Notes under the pieces: model-generated | Told to the model about the DNA's origin: nothing | Database searches by the model: none | The model's input: the letters and a program-made list of their open reading frames with translations, nothing else | Shown: one piece after another, positions 48,429-58,123 of the stretch | Numbering within the stretch: position 1 is the first letter of the stretch | How the letters are laid out: every line of letters begins with the position of its first letter | Origin: Bacteroidia bacterium | GTDB lineage: Bacteria; Bacteroidota; Bacteroidia; NS11-12g; UBA9320 | Length of the DNA: 64,000 bases | NCBI GenBank assembly: GCA_965655315.1 | Contig: CBFHGJ010000004.1 | Coordinates: 4,382 to 68,381, forward strand | Direction of reading: 5' to 3' | Made by a program: the position numbers and the translations under genes

Positions 48429-49232
48429 TTACTCCTTTTTTCTCAAAACATACGATACCATATCAGTTTGGTTGTAATCCACTCCAAATACATAGGCTAA
48501 ATCATTCCTTTCTCTGCTATGGGTATTTACAACCGCTATTTTTAAATTAACCGCACGAGCCGAATCTATCCTATTTTGAGTTAGTAAATCTACATCGGTG
48601 GTGATTCCATCAAATCCGTATTCAATATTCATTGACAAAGCTTTGCCCCAATTTCGGTATACAAATACTTCTATACTAGGGTCTAGTTGTTTTACCAATA
48701 GTCCTATCTCCTCTGTTCTTACCTCAACCGTCGTATTAGTAAGTCCAAAGTTTTTTATTGTAGATACCAACTGATTGATAAGTGACTGCAAATGAGCTCC
48801 TGTGGTATCCGGCGAGAATGCCTTTACATCAAAAAAGTATTTCTTATCCTTAAATTCAGGTAGATTGGTGAACAGGTCATTTAGTTTGATTACTTCATAT
48901 TCTGAATACAAGCGTTTACTATACTCTAGGTTCTTAATCTCATTCCAGTTATGATTGTGAATGCTTCCAGATGCAGTGGTTAGTTTACTCAGTTCTTCAT
49001 CGTGGTATGCCACCAAAATTGAGTCTTTTGTCATTTGTACATCTATCTCAACGCCATCAGCACCTTTATTTAGACATAAAGCTAAAGACTCAAAACTATT
49101 TATTGGGAATTCATGCGTGATTCCCATTCCTCCATGTCCAATTATCTTAGTTTGACTATCATAATTTACATCATATCTAGAGCACGAAAACACAATAAGA
49201 ACTATGACTAGAGAAAATATACCCTTCATCAT
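48429..49232 (-). CDS. glycerophosphodiester phosphodiesterase family protein
   Basis: 267 aa with a signal peptide. GDPD motifs (IGHGGMG, ESLALCLNKGADGVEIDVQMTKDSILVAYHD). Confidence 0.8.
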   Translation of the reverse strand: MMKGIFSLVIVLIVFSCSRYDVNYDSQTKIIGHGGMGITHEFPINSFESLALCLNKGADGVEIDVQMTKDSILVAYHDEELSKLTTASGSIHNHNWNEIKNLEYSKRLYSEYEVIKLNDLFTNLPEFKDKKYFFDVKAFSPDTTGAHLQSLINQLVSTIKNFGLTNTTVEVRTEEIGLLVKQLDPSIEVFVYRNWGKALSMNIEYGFDGITTDVDLLTQNRIDSARAVNLKIAVVNTHSRERNDLAYVFGVDYNQTDMVSYVLRKKE

Positions 49233-49807
49233 TTACCAAATCTATAGCGTGCTGATAACCCTCCCCAAGGTCTTAGAACTTCAAAATCATCTAGAATGCC
49301 ATAGACTGCTATCCTGTAAACCCAATTTTTCCCAGCACCGTATCTGTAAGCTGCACCTAATGCTAAATTGAACTCATGATCTCTTTTTTCGGCACTAAAT
49401 TCTGTACTAAACCTACTATAACTCGTATACACCTGACCGCCTGATATTTCATAGTGATGTTTCTTTTCTCCAAAAACTGCTTCAAACATCGTAGGAATCG
49501 CGATGTCTGGATTAAACTTATTTTCAAAATTAATGAACCGCATCACACCAATTCCAGTTCTGAAATAGTACTGCATTGAGCTGTCTCCAACAATCAACCG
49601 TTGATACCCAACAGACCCATACCTCCCAAGTCCAAGTACTTCAATAGAAACCGAATTTGATAGATTTGTCCTTGACTGAGCCTTTAAAAATAAGGTACTT
49701 ATCATAAGGCAACAGATGTATAGTAATCGTCTCAATAGTCCGGTTTTCAAAATTAGGAAACAACCTGCCTTGGCAAAACGTTTCGTTGAAAAGAAATAGA
49801 GAACCAA
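49229..49807 (-). CDS. hypothetical outer-membrane-like beta-strand protein
   Basis: 192 aa. The probable true start is the internal Met with signal peptide (MISTLFLKAQS). The track start overlaps the riboswitch-side intergenic region. Confidence 0.4.
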   Translation of the reverse strand: MVLYFFSTKRFAKAGCFLILKTGLLRRLLYICCLMISTLFLKAQSRTNLSNSVSIEVLGLGRYGSVGYQRLIVGDSSMQYYFRTGIGVMRFINFENKFNPDIAIPTMFEAVFGEKKHHYEISGGQVYTSYSRFSTEFSAEKRDHEFNLALGAAYRYGAGKNWVYRIAVYGILDDFEVLRPWGGLSARYRFGK

Positions 49808-49836
49808 TAATGATTCGTAGAGTGCGTCAGTTTAAT

Positions 49837-49844
49837 TAAATTTG
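49837..49844 (+). promoter_or_regulatory. candidate Bacteroidetes -7 promoter box TAAATTTG for the metH leader
   Basis: Exact TAnnTTTG match ending about 7 nt before the first nucleotide of the riboswitch P1 helix. Confidence 0.35.
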
Positions 49845-49851
49845 CACTCAA

Positions 49852-49965
49852 CTTATAAAGAAAGACAGAGGGATTAGGCCCATAGAAGTCTTAGCAACCT
49901 GAAAGCATTCTGCAATACTCAAGGTGCTACATCCTATCAAGACATTATCGTCTTGAACAGATAAG
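49852..49965 (+). promoter_or_regulatory. SAM-I (S-box) riboswitch candidate in the metH leader
   Basis: Conserved S-box blocks appear in the canonical order: 5' P1 strand CUUAUAAAGA, GAGGGA-UUA-GGCCC, GCAACC, GGUGCUACAUCC (consensus GGUGCUAAAUCC), P4 hairpin CAAGAC-AUUAUC-GUCUUG, and 3' P1 strand AGAUAAG complementary to CUUAU. About 40 nt upstream of the metH start. Confidence 0.6.
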
Positions 49966-50004
49966 TTTCTATAACCACCTAATCTTTTCTAGACAGACAG
50001 CTGA

Positions 50005-52662
50005 ATGGCACGTAAAATAGAAAAGTATCTTAGACTAAGTGGTCTAGAACCTATGGTTCAAACTCCAGAGACCAATTTCATAAACATCGGTGAACGTACA
50101 AACATCACTGGTTCTAGAAAATTTGCCCGCCTCATTCTAAATGAACACTATGATGAAGCCTTGGATGTAGCACGTCAGCAAGTAGAGAATGGTGCACAGA
50201 TCATAGATATAAATATGGATGAGGGAATGCTCGATGGCAAAGCTGCCATGGTGAAATTTCTAAATCTCATAGCATCTGAACCAGACATCTCTAGAGTACC
50301 TGTGATGGTAGATTCTAGTAAATGGGAAATAATTGAAGCTGGACTAAAAACCTTACAGGGAAAAGGAATAGTAAATTCTATCAGTCTGAAAGATGGAGAG
50401 GAAGCCTTCATAGAACGAGCAAATAGAATTCGTAAATATGGAGCTGCTACGGTAGTTATGGCTTTTGACGAAAATGGACAGGCAGATTCTTATGAACGAA
50501 GAATTGAGATCTGTAAAAGGAGTTATGACATACTCACTCAAAAAGTAAAATTCCCAGCAACTAACATCATATTTGATCCAAATATTCTTACCGTAGCTAC
50601 TGGGATAGAAGAACATAATAATTATGCTGTAGACTTCATTAAAGCTACCCAGTGGATAAAAGAGAATCTTCCTGGAGCGAAGGTTAGCGGAGGGGTAAGT
50701 AACATCTCTTTTAGCTTTAGAGGAAACAACGTCGTTAGAGAGGCAATGCACTCTGCTTTTTTATATCACGCTATTCGAGCTGGGTTAGACATGGGTATAG
50801 TAAATGCAGGGATGATAGAAGTCTATGAAGAGATTCCTAAGGATCTACTTATCGCTGTAGAGGATGTTTTATTAAACAGAAGACCTGATAGTACCGAAAG
50901 GTTAGTAGATTTAGCCGAAACGGTAAAGGGAGACGGTAAAAAAATAGTTCAAGATCTTAGTTGGAGAGAGCAGGATGTTCACGAAAGACTAAAACATTCG
51001 TTGGTAAAAGGTATCACTGAATATATAGACGAAGACACGGAAGAAGCTCGTCAACAATATGCAAAACCTTTAGAAGTGATAGAAGGCCCGCTTATGGCAG
51101 GAATGAGTGTGGTTGGAGATCTATTTGGTAGTGGGAAAATGTTTTTACCCCAAGTAGTAAAAAGTGCTCGAGTAATGAAAAAGTCAGTAGCCTACTTACA
51201 GCCTTACTTGGAAGCAGAGAAAAGCGAAGGGAATACTCAAGGTAAGATATTACTCGCAACAGTAAAAGGTGACGTACATGATATTGGAAAGAATATCGTA
51301 GGGGTTGTGCTTGCCTGTAATAATTATGAGATTATTGACTTAGGAGTAATGGTTCCTACAAATAAAATTCTTGATGCTGCCCAAGAACACAATGTTGATA
51401 TTATTGGACTGAGTGGTCTAATAACCCCTAGTCTGGACGAGATGGTAGATGTGGCTAAGGAAATGGAACGTAGAGGCATAAGATTACCTTTACTAATAGG
51501 AGGTGCAACTACAAGTAGAATGCATACAGCAGTAAAAATTGCACCGCAATACAATGGTCCTGTAGTTCATGTGTTAGACGCATCCCGTTCTGTACCAGTT
51601 GCAGGAAAACTTGTAGGAGAAAATGTAACGGGCAAATATGCTGCAGATATCAAAGCGGAGTATGAAGATCTCGCTGTACAACACGCTTCTCGCCAAGCAG
51701 ATAAAGTCATTCTTACCTATGAACAAGCTCTAGCGAACAAACTTACTTTGGATTGGGATGATTTTGAGTCAACTGCACCTAACCAACTTGGAGTAACAGT
51801 ATTTGATGACATTGATTTAAATACTATCAAAGAATACATAGACTGGACGCCCTTCTTTCAGACCTGGGAACTCAGAGGTAAGTATCCTAATATCTTTAAA
51901 GACGAGTATGTAGGTGAAGAAGCGAAGAAGCTTTTCAAAGATGCTACTGCAATGCTTGACGATGTGATTGCAAATCACAAATTAAAAGCAAAGGCTGTAA
52001 TTGGCATCTTTAAGGCTAATGAGATCAATGGTGATGTGATTTTACCAGAAGAAAAAACTACCTTTAATTTCCTGCGGCAACAAAGAAAAATGGGAAATAA
52101 CATCCCGAATATATCGTTAGCTGATTTTGTAGCACCTGACAGTAGTAGAAAGCAAGATTATCTAGGTGCCTTTGCGGTAACTGCTGGTCTAGGAATCGAA
52201 CCTCTAATAGCAAAGTTTGAAGAAGATCACGACGATTATAATTCTATAATGATAAAGGCTATAGCAGATAGGCTTGCCGAAGCTCTCGCCGAATATATGC
52301 ACCAGAAGACAAGAAAAGAACTTTGGGGTTATGCCAAGGAAGAATCTCTAGATAACACTGAACTCATAAGGGAAAAATACCAAGGAATAAGACCGGCAGC
52401 TGGATACCCTGCGTGTCCAGACCATACAGAAAAGGCTAAACTCTGGGAGCTACTCAACGTAGAAGAGTATACCGGAATATCTCTCACAGAGAGTTTTGCT
52501 ATGTATCCTACAGCTTCTGTTTCAGGTTTGTATTTTGCACATCCGCAGAGTAAGTATTTTGCCGTCGGAAAGATTTCAGATGATCAAGTAGAGGACTACG
52601 CAAACAGAAAAGGGGAATCTTTAGACCGTATGAAAAAATGGTTAGGGCCCAGCTTGTTCTGA
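50005..52662 (+). CDS. metH: methionine synthase, pterin-binding + cobalamin-binding + AdoMet-activation modules (lacks the homocysteine-binding module)
   Basis: 885 aa. Colinear with E. coli MetH residues from about 345 to the end (…[23 protein letters not shown]…, B12 cap and DxHxxG region [13 protein letters not shown]-terminal activation domain). Starts directly in the methyltetrahydrofolate-binding domain. Confidence 0.9.
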   Translation: MARKIEKYLRLSGLEPMVQTPETNFINIGERTNITGSRKFARLILNEHYDEALDVARQQVENGAQIIDINMDEGMLDGKAAMVKFLNLIASEPDISRVPVMVDSSKWEIIEAGLKTLQGKGIVNSISLKDGEEAFIERANRIRKYGAATVVMAFDENGQADSYERRIEICKRSYDILTQKVKFPATNIIFDPNILTVATGIEEHNNYAVDFIKATQWIKENLPGAKVSGGVSNISFSFRGNNVVREAMHSAFLYHAIRAGLDMGIVNAGMIEVYEEIPKDLLIAVEDVLLNRRPDSTERLVDLAETVKGDGKKIVQDLSWREQDVHERLKHSLVKGITEYIDEDTEEARQQYAKPLEVIEGPLMAGMSVVGDLFGSGKMFLPQVVKSARVMKKSVAYLQPYLEAEKSEGNTQGKILLATVKGDVHDIGKNIVGVVLACNNYEIIDLGVMVPTNKILDAAQEHNVDIIGLSGLITPSLDEMVDVAKEMERRGIRLPLLIGGATTSRMHTAVKIAPQYNGPVVHVLDASRSVPVAGKLVGENVTGKYAADIKAEYEDLAVQHASRQADKVILTYEQALANKLTLDWDDFESTAPNQLGVTVFDDIDLNTIKEYIDWTPFFQTWELRGKYPNIFKDEYVGEEAKKLFKDATAMLDDVIANHKLKAKAVIGIFKANEINGDVILPEEKTTFNFLRQQRKMGNNIPNISLADFVAPDSSRKQDYLGAFAVTAGLGIEPLIAKFEEDHDDYNSIMIKAIADRLAEALAEYMHQKTRKELWGYAKEESLDNTELIREKYQGIRPAAGYPACPDHTEKAKLWELLNVEEYTGISLTESFAMYPTASVSGLYFAHPQSKYFAVGKISDDQVEDYANRKGESLDRMKKWLGPSLF

Positions 52663-52727
52663 CAACATAAGAGGAATATCAGGCATTAGTTTTTGAACTA
52701 ATTTGCCTACATATTTGTCCTATATCT

Positions 52728-53831
52728 ATGAACATTGGAATCGTATGTTACCCTACCTTCGGTGGTAGTGGTGTAGTAGCCACCGAATTAGGAAAAGCAT
52801 TAGCACATAAAAATCACGAAGTTCATTTCATCACGTACAATAGACCTGTAAGGCTAGATGCTTTCACTGAAAACACCTTTTATCATGAGGTGAGTTTTAA
52901 TAATTACCCTTTGTTCAAATTTGCTCCCTACGAAATCGCTCTTACGAGTAAGATAGTCGATATTGTAAAAGCTCACGATATTTCTGTACTGCACGTACAT
53001 TATGCAATACCTCATGCAGCAGCGGCCGTCACCGCAAAGCACATTTTAGCTCGTGAAGGAATAAAGCTGAAAATTGTAACTACCTTGCATGGAACGGATA
53101 TTACGCTTGTAGGTAAAGACAAAAGCTATGAACCTGTAGTAAGTTATTCCCTGCACGAAAGTGACGTGGTAACTTCAGTATCAGAAAGCCTAAAGAAAGA
53201 CACCTATGACAACTTCAGTTTTGATGGACCTATTGAAGTGATTCCAAACTTCATTGACTTTGAACGTTTCAACAAACAACCTAAAGACCACTTCAAGAAA
53301 GTAGTGGCTCCTAACGATGAAAAAATCATTGTTCATACTTCTAACTTTAGGGAGGTGAAACGTGTGCCAGATGTTGTAGAAATCTACAGGACTGTTGCTA
53401 CCCAAATCCCTGCAAAACTTATCCTAATTGGAGACGGACCAGAACGACAAAAAGTAGAGGCTATGTGCCGAAACTGTGAAGTCTGTAAGGATGTTATTTT
53501 CTTAGGCAAGCAAGAAGCAGTTGAAGAGATATTAAGCATTGCAGACTTATTTGTTATTCCTTCGGAAACTGAAAGTTTTGGACTAGCTGCTCTAGAAGCT
53601 ATGGCATGTGAGGTGCCAGTCATTTCTACGAATACAGGAGGTTTACCAGAAGTAAACATAGATGGATTGACCGGCTACACGAGTAACACTGGAGATGTAG
53701 AGAAAATGGCAAACGACGCTTTGACTATTCTAAAAGATGAAAATCTTGCTCAGTTTAAAGCACATGCGAAGGAGCACTCGTTGAAATATAACCTGGAGAA
53801 TATCCTTCCTTTGTATCAGGAACTGTACTAA
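52728..53831 (+). CDS. bshA: N-acetyl-alpha-D-glucosaminyl L-malate synthase BshA (GT4; bacillithiol biosynthesis)
   Basis: 367 aa. Strong colinear similarity to Bacillus BshA (MNIGIVCYPTFGGSGVVATELGK…VHYAIPHA…KIVTTLHGTDIT…ISNFR.VKRV…GDGPE…). Confidence 0.85.
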   Translation: MNIGIVCYPTFGGSGVVATELGKALAHKNHEVHFITYNRPVRLDAFTENTFYHEVSFNNYPLFKFAPYEIALTSKIVDIVKAHDISVLHVHYAIPHAAAAVTAKHILAREGIKLKIVTTLHGTDITLVGKDKSYEPVVSYSLHESDVVTSVSESLKKDTYDNFSFDGPIEVIPNFIDFERFNKQPKDHFKKVVAPNDEKIIVHTSNFREVKRVPDVVEIYRTVATQIPAKLILIGDGPERQKVEAMCRNCEVCKDVIFLGKQEAVEEILSIADLFVIPSETESFGLAALEAMACEVPVISTNTGGLPEVNIDGLTGYTSNTGDVEKMANDALTILKDENLAQFKAHAKEHSLKYNLENILPLYQELY

Positions 53832-53869
53832 CTATTGTCTGGCACAGTTTTCTTGGAAGTTTATTCACT

Positions 53870-54394
53870 GTGCGATTATCACATACACTTATACTGCTAC
53901 TTTTAGTTCTGACCGCTATAGGTCAACAGGATACTCTGGAATTTCCCACGATTCAGACGTCTGAGGTCAGCAAGAGAGTTGCAAAAAGTTGTGAAAGACT
54001 GAATGTCCCATTTCATAAAGAGGCTAACCTAGCCCTATTAGAATTTGCTATTGATTGGGAAGGTACTCCTTACAGTTATGGAGGTTCTAGTAAGAAAGGT
54101 ACAGACTGTTCAGGATTTACCTTAAACGCCTATTCTCAAATTTTCAATAAGAATATCCCTCGCATATCTAGAGAAGTGTATACTAATTGTTTACCCATCA
54201 AAAAACACGCATTATATCAAGGAGATTTAGTGTTTTTCGCTACGGCCGGAGGTGAACGTGTGTCCCACTTAGGGATCTATCTCTGGGATGGATACTTTGT
54301 GCACGCTTCTTCTAGTAAAGGAGTGATGATTAGTAATCTCAAACAGAACTATTGGCAACGAACTTTTGTAAGTGGCGGTGCCTGGCTAGACTAG
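53870..54394 (+). CDS. NlpC/P60 family (C40) peptidase
   Basis: 174 aa with a signal peptide. Catalytic Cys context GTDCSGF and His (VSHLGIY). Confidence 0.8.
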   Translation: MRLSHTLILLLLVLTAIGQQDTLEFPTIQTSEVSKRVAKSCERLNVPFHKEANLALLEFAIDWEGTPYSYGGSSKKGTDCSGFTLNAYSQIFNKNIPRISREVYTNCLPIKKHALYQGDLVFFATAGGERVSHLGIYLWDGYFVHASSSKGVMISNLKQNYWQRTFVSGGAWLD

Positions 54395-54395
54395 A

Positions 54396-54953
54396 CTATT
54401 TTTCAACAGTGAAAATTACCGTTGCATTAGCTTCAACAGCTCCAGCTGGCAGCGTAATTTCTTCTGTAAAATCACCTTCAAAAACTATTTCAGATTCACT
54501 ACTGGATACTACATTTACATCATTACCAGCATCATCTATTAGCTTAAGCTTGCCATCCACTTCTTCCCAGGTACCGGTACTTGTTCTTTCTTCCACAGGT
54601 AGGTCTTGAGTCTGCCCAAAAACAGATATCTCAGCCGTAAATGCAACTGTAGTTGTATAGATGTTGGGATTCTGTGCTATTGCAATACGACCCACAATAT
54701 CTTTACCCTTTCCTGTAAAACTACCGACCGGTGAGCCGTCTAATTCTAAGGTTCCATTTTGCATGTCAATATCTGAATAACTCCAAAATCCAACATATGG
54801 ACTAAGCTCTTGCTCAACGAAAACCGTATCTCTAATAATCACTTGTTCTGGATCAGGAACTTCTGTTTCTTTACAGCTAAACATTGCTATAGTCATCAAT
54901 CCTAAAAACAACAAATGGACAATCTTCATATTCATACTATGCAAGGTAAACAA
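54396..54953 (-). CDS. hypothetical lipoprotein
   Basis: 185 aa with lipobox MFSCKE. Confidence 0.4.
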   Translation of the reverse strand: MFTLHSMNMKIVHLLFLGLMTIAMFSCKETEVPDPEQVIIRDTVFVEQELSPYVGFWSYSDIDMQNGTLELDGSPVGSFTGKGKDIVGRIAIAQNPNIYTTTVAFTAEISVFGQTQDLPVEERTSTGTWEEVDGKLKLIDDAGNDVNVVSSSESEIVFEGDFTEEITLPAGAVEANATVIFTVEK

Positions 54954-54956
54954 AAT

Positions 54957-55682
54957 CTAGTATGACCATATCCTCCAAGCTTCTTCAGCTTGAATTTCTA
55001 GCATTTTTAACCCATTCATGACTTTTGACCCTCTTCCCTTAGCCTTTCTTAAGAAAACAGTCTCTTCTGGATTGTATACTAAATCAAAGCATAAATGTCT
55101 TTCCGAAATACCGCCGTATGGAATAGATAACGCGTCTTCAACATCAGGATACATCCCAACTGGAGTTGTATTGATAAGTAGCTTGTGTTCTGCTATGATT
55201 ACTTCATTTATGTCACTATATGTTACTCCAATTCCCTTAGATCGAGAGACATATGTATACAAAATCCCTAGTTTATTAAGCACATATTTGATAGCTAAAC
55301 TAGACCCACCTGTACCAAAGATTAAGGCTCTAGTCTGCTTCGGATCCAAAGCTCCTAGGATACTTTTACTGAATCCCAGATAATCCGTGTTATATCCGAT
55401 CCACTTACTGTCTAATACTTTTACGGTGTTTACGGCATTTATTGCCGAGGCAGAATGACTTATCTCATCTAGATAGGGAATGATTGACTGCTTATATGGT
55501 ATAGTTACATTAAACCCAGACAAGGAAAATGGTTTAAGTTGTTGTCTAACCGTTGTGATATCGGTTATGTGAATCGCCTTATAGCTATGATTATCTAAGT
55601 GAAGATTTTCAAACTTTTTTCTAAAATAAGCTGGAGACCACGAATGCTCAATAGGGTTGCCGATTACTCCATAGTTTCTCAT
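54957..55682 (-). CDS. aroE: shikimate dehydrogenase
   Basis: 241 aa. The N-terminal substrate-binding motif (YGVIGNPIEHSWSP) and overall length fit AroE. Confidence 0.78.
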   Translation of the reverse strand: MRNYGVIGNPIEHSWSPAYFRKKFENLHLDNHSYKAIHITDITTVRQQLKPFSLSGFNVTIPYKQSIIPYLDEISHSASAINAVNTVKVLDSKWIGYNTDYLGFSKSILGALDPKQTRALIFGTGGSSLAIKYVLNKLGILYTYVSRSKGIGVTYSDINEVIIAEHKLLINTTPVGMYPDVEDALSIPYGGISERHLCFDLVYNPEETVFLRKAKGRGSKVMNGLKMLEIQAEEAWRIWSY

Positions 55683-56650
55683 TTCTCCTCAGCTCCAAAT
55701 CGGTCCAGTAAAAAGACAATTAGAGCTGCAATAATCATTATCGCAATAGCAGCTGCTAGATGTGCATCTGTTCCATACAAGAAATTACTCTCTAGACTCT
55801 CAAAAGTTCTAGGAGAAACGCTATTTGAGAACTTAACCACTTCCAATCCCTTACTATTCGTTCTTGTTTCCAGTACTTCTTGCCACGGCCACACCTTGTT
55901 CAATGAACCTATGAGGAAACCTGTCAGTAATGCCATAGTTGGATTGGGGTACTTTTTGAATGTAAACGAAAGAAATTTTGCAAAGGTCAGCAGCCCGATA
56001 ATCATTCCTCCTCCAAAAGCTAAAATCACATAAGTATCTGGTCCAAAAGGATCATGTGTAAATTCCTCAATAGCCGGCATAATTATCGTGTACATCCCCA
56101 TAAGTAGTAGAACAAAACTACCTGATAGACCAGGAAGCATCAATGCAGAAACTCCAATGACACCAGATAAAAATACGATGGCCAAATGCTCACTTCCTTG
56201 AGACGGAGCAGCCACAGTCACCCAATAGACCAATATGGCACCAACTATGAGTAAAACTATTTCTACAACTCCCCATTTCTTTACCTGCTTACCTATGAGT
56301 GGGATAGAAGCTAAAATTAGTCCAAAGAAGAAACTCCAAATATGTACAGGATGTGTTTCAAGTAATCTAACTACAAGCTTTAGTCCTAGAATAAAACCAA
56401 TCCCCATTCCTACTAAAAGTTTAACTAAAAAAGTCCCATCAATTCGTTTCCAAACTGCCGAAAACCCTTCAGATTTGAACAAAGAAATTAGCTCTAAATT
56501 GATACTGCTGATTGCCGCAAGCAACCGTTCATAAATGCCTGTGATAAAAGCCAAAGTACCACCAGAAACTCCAGGGATAACTTCTGCTACTCCCATAGCA
56601 GCTCCTTTAAACATTGTTTTTATGGTTTCATTCATACCGTTAGTGGACAA
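55679..56650 (-). CDS. DUF368 family membrane protein
   Basis: 323 aa, polytopic. Characteristic N-terminus (…GVAEVIPGVSGGTLAFITGIYERLL…). Overlaps aroE by 4 nt. Confidence 0.72.
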   Translation of the reverse strand: MSTNGMNETIKTMFKGAAMGVAEVIPGVSGGTLAFITGIYERLLAAISSINLELISLFKSEGFSAVWKRIDGTFLVKLLVGMGIGFILGLKLVVRLLETHPVHIWSFFFGLILASIPLIGKQVKKWGVVEIVLLIVGAILVYWVTVAAPSQGSEHLAIVFLSGVIGVSALMLPGLSGSFVLLLMGMYTIIMPAIEEFTHDPFGPDTYVILAFGGGMIIGLLTFAKFLSFTFKKYPNPTMALLTGFLIGSLNKVWPWQEVLETRTNSKGLEVVKFSNSVSPRTFESLESNFLYGTDAHLAAAIAIMIIAALIVFLLDRFGAEEK

Positions 56651-56694
56651 AAGTACTAACTATGGGGCTGTATCGTTCTATATTCGCATCAGCA

Positions 56695-56817
56695 ATGAAA
56701 AAAACATTTGCACTCATACTTTTAGCTCTTAGTCTAGTCCTAGTTTTCGATAGCTGTAAGGCTAAGAAACAATACCGTTACAAAGGACCAAATAAAGGCT
56801 GCAATTGTCCGCACTGA
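56695..56817 (+). CDS. unannotated 40-aa lipoprotein-like small ORF (MKKTFALILLALSLVLVFDSCKAKKQYRYKGPNKGCNCPH)
   Basis: A classic signal peptide plus lipobox FDSC within an otherwise empty 240-bp intergenic region. Too short for the ORF track. Coding status unproven. Confidence 0.25.
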   Translation: MKKTFALILLALSLVLVFDSCKAKKQYRYKGPNKGCNCPH

Positions 56818-56890
56818 TACTTTCTATTCATTGATTTTGTCTTGATACAGAACGGAGCAAAATACTAAAGAGTAAGAAGCCATACATTTC

Positions 56891-58015
56891 CTAATCCAAC
56901 TTTACTTCCCTTTTCCCAGTGGTAAAATGCCACCTGAGGTAATTCTCCATTGTAACATCTAGCGTAACGGAATGTACATTATAATTGAACCCCAGTCTAT
57001 TTAAGAAAATAAGATTCTTACCAATAGTCACTTCATACCCTACCCTAGCTCCTAGCATCTTGCGAAAGTCTTGTGCCGAAGGCCAATTTTTATTCCCTAA
57101 AGAATGATACAACTGTTCTCCCCAAGGACCTTGATACTGATAGCTGTCCCAGTAATTGAGTACAAACTGATAGTCATGGTGTGTGAGTCTTAATACACCT
57201 AAGTGACCTACGCCATCTATTACTCCATTAACTAGATTATCGCTTAGGTCTTCATACAAGGCAACATGACCACTCATAAACAAGTCAGTCTTATCAGAAA
57301 AACTATGCGTATATTCTAGTCCATAGGCGAAATTGTATTCCACAGAATTAGGTGCACTGTTTTTATCTATTTCTCCTGCACTATGCACTGTGATTCCTTG
57401 AGCATTCAGACTCAACTTGTCTGTTTCCTTATTAACTGGATTAAAATAGAAATTATATCCGGCTACAAACTTTTCGTTTTTTGGATCATTCTCATAGATC
57501 ATATCATGCCAGTCTATCCAAATATCATAGTCCAACACTTTACCTGGTTTAGTGATTTGTAATCCTTGCTCAAATCGATCTGTTATAGCTTTTTCGTAGT
57601 CATAGAGTGGTTCTATCATTCGATGCTGCAACGTACCATCTAGGCTACCGAAAACAATGTTGTGTTTCAGTACATCCTCATAAGTGAACTTGAAGTAGGG
57701 CTCAATACTTCGAATCTCTGGATTACCAAAATCGTATCTCAAATTGATTCCTCCATAGATTTGAGCCTTTTTATTTATAGAATATTGGACGTAAGGCAGC
57801 AGTTGAAACCCAATGTAAGTGGACCCTTTGTCAATCGGTGAAAGGTACTCTGCATTTCGAAAATAACTGAGATTATCAAAATGAAAAAGTAGGTGTGAAG
57901 AGTCAATAGTGTTTTCATATTTGTTATGATCAAAGAATGAATTTTCATACTGACTGTACACATTACTGCACATCAAAAGTAAGATGATACTGCTCTTTAT
58001 TACTCTACCTAACAC
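56891..58015 (-). CDS. hypothetical outer-membrane protein
   Basis: 374 aa with a signal peptide and an aromatic-rich beta-strand pattern. Confidence 0.45.
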   Translation of the reverse strand: MLGRVIKSSIILLLMCSNVYSQYENSFFDHNKYENTIDSSHLLFHFDNLSYFRNAEYLSPIDKGSTYIGFQLLPYVQYSINKKAQIYGGINLRYDFGNPEIRSIEPYFKFTYEDVLKHNIVFGSLDGTLQHRMIEPLYDYEKAITDRFEQGLQITKPGKVLDYDIWIDWHDMIYENDPKNEKFVAGYNFYFNPVNKETDKLSLNAQGITVHSAGEIDKNSAPNSVEYNFAYGLEYTHSFSDKTDLFMSGHVALYEDLSDNLVNGVIDGVGHLGVLRLTHHDYQFVLNYWDSYQYQGPWGEQLYHSLGNKNWPSAQDFRKMLGARVGYEVTIGKNLIFLNRLGFNYNVHSVTLDVTMENYLRWHFTTGKREVKLD

Positions 58016-58123
58016 TTGTCCGTTGGTTAAATTCGTTGCAAATAAGCAACTTTGTAATCGGATATGCTAGCAAACATGATTTTGGCATATCTCTTGGACT
58101 AATTCTATCAAACTAAGTAACTC

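Noticed and set aside
50175-56732. ORFs 50175.., 50353.., 51324.. (-, in metH); 52854.., 53190.., 53384.. (-, in bshA); 54352..54609, 55018.., 55599.., 56235.., 56535.. (+)
   Set aside because: Antisense or alternative-frame overlaps. 56535..56732 is in a different frame from the 40-aa lipoprotein-like ORF I report separately.
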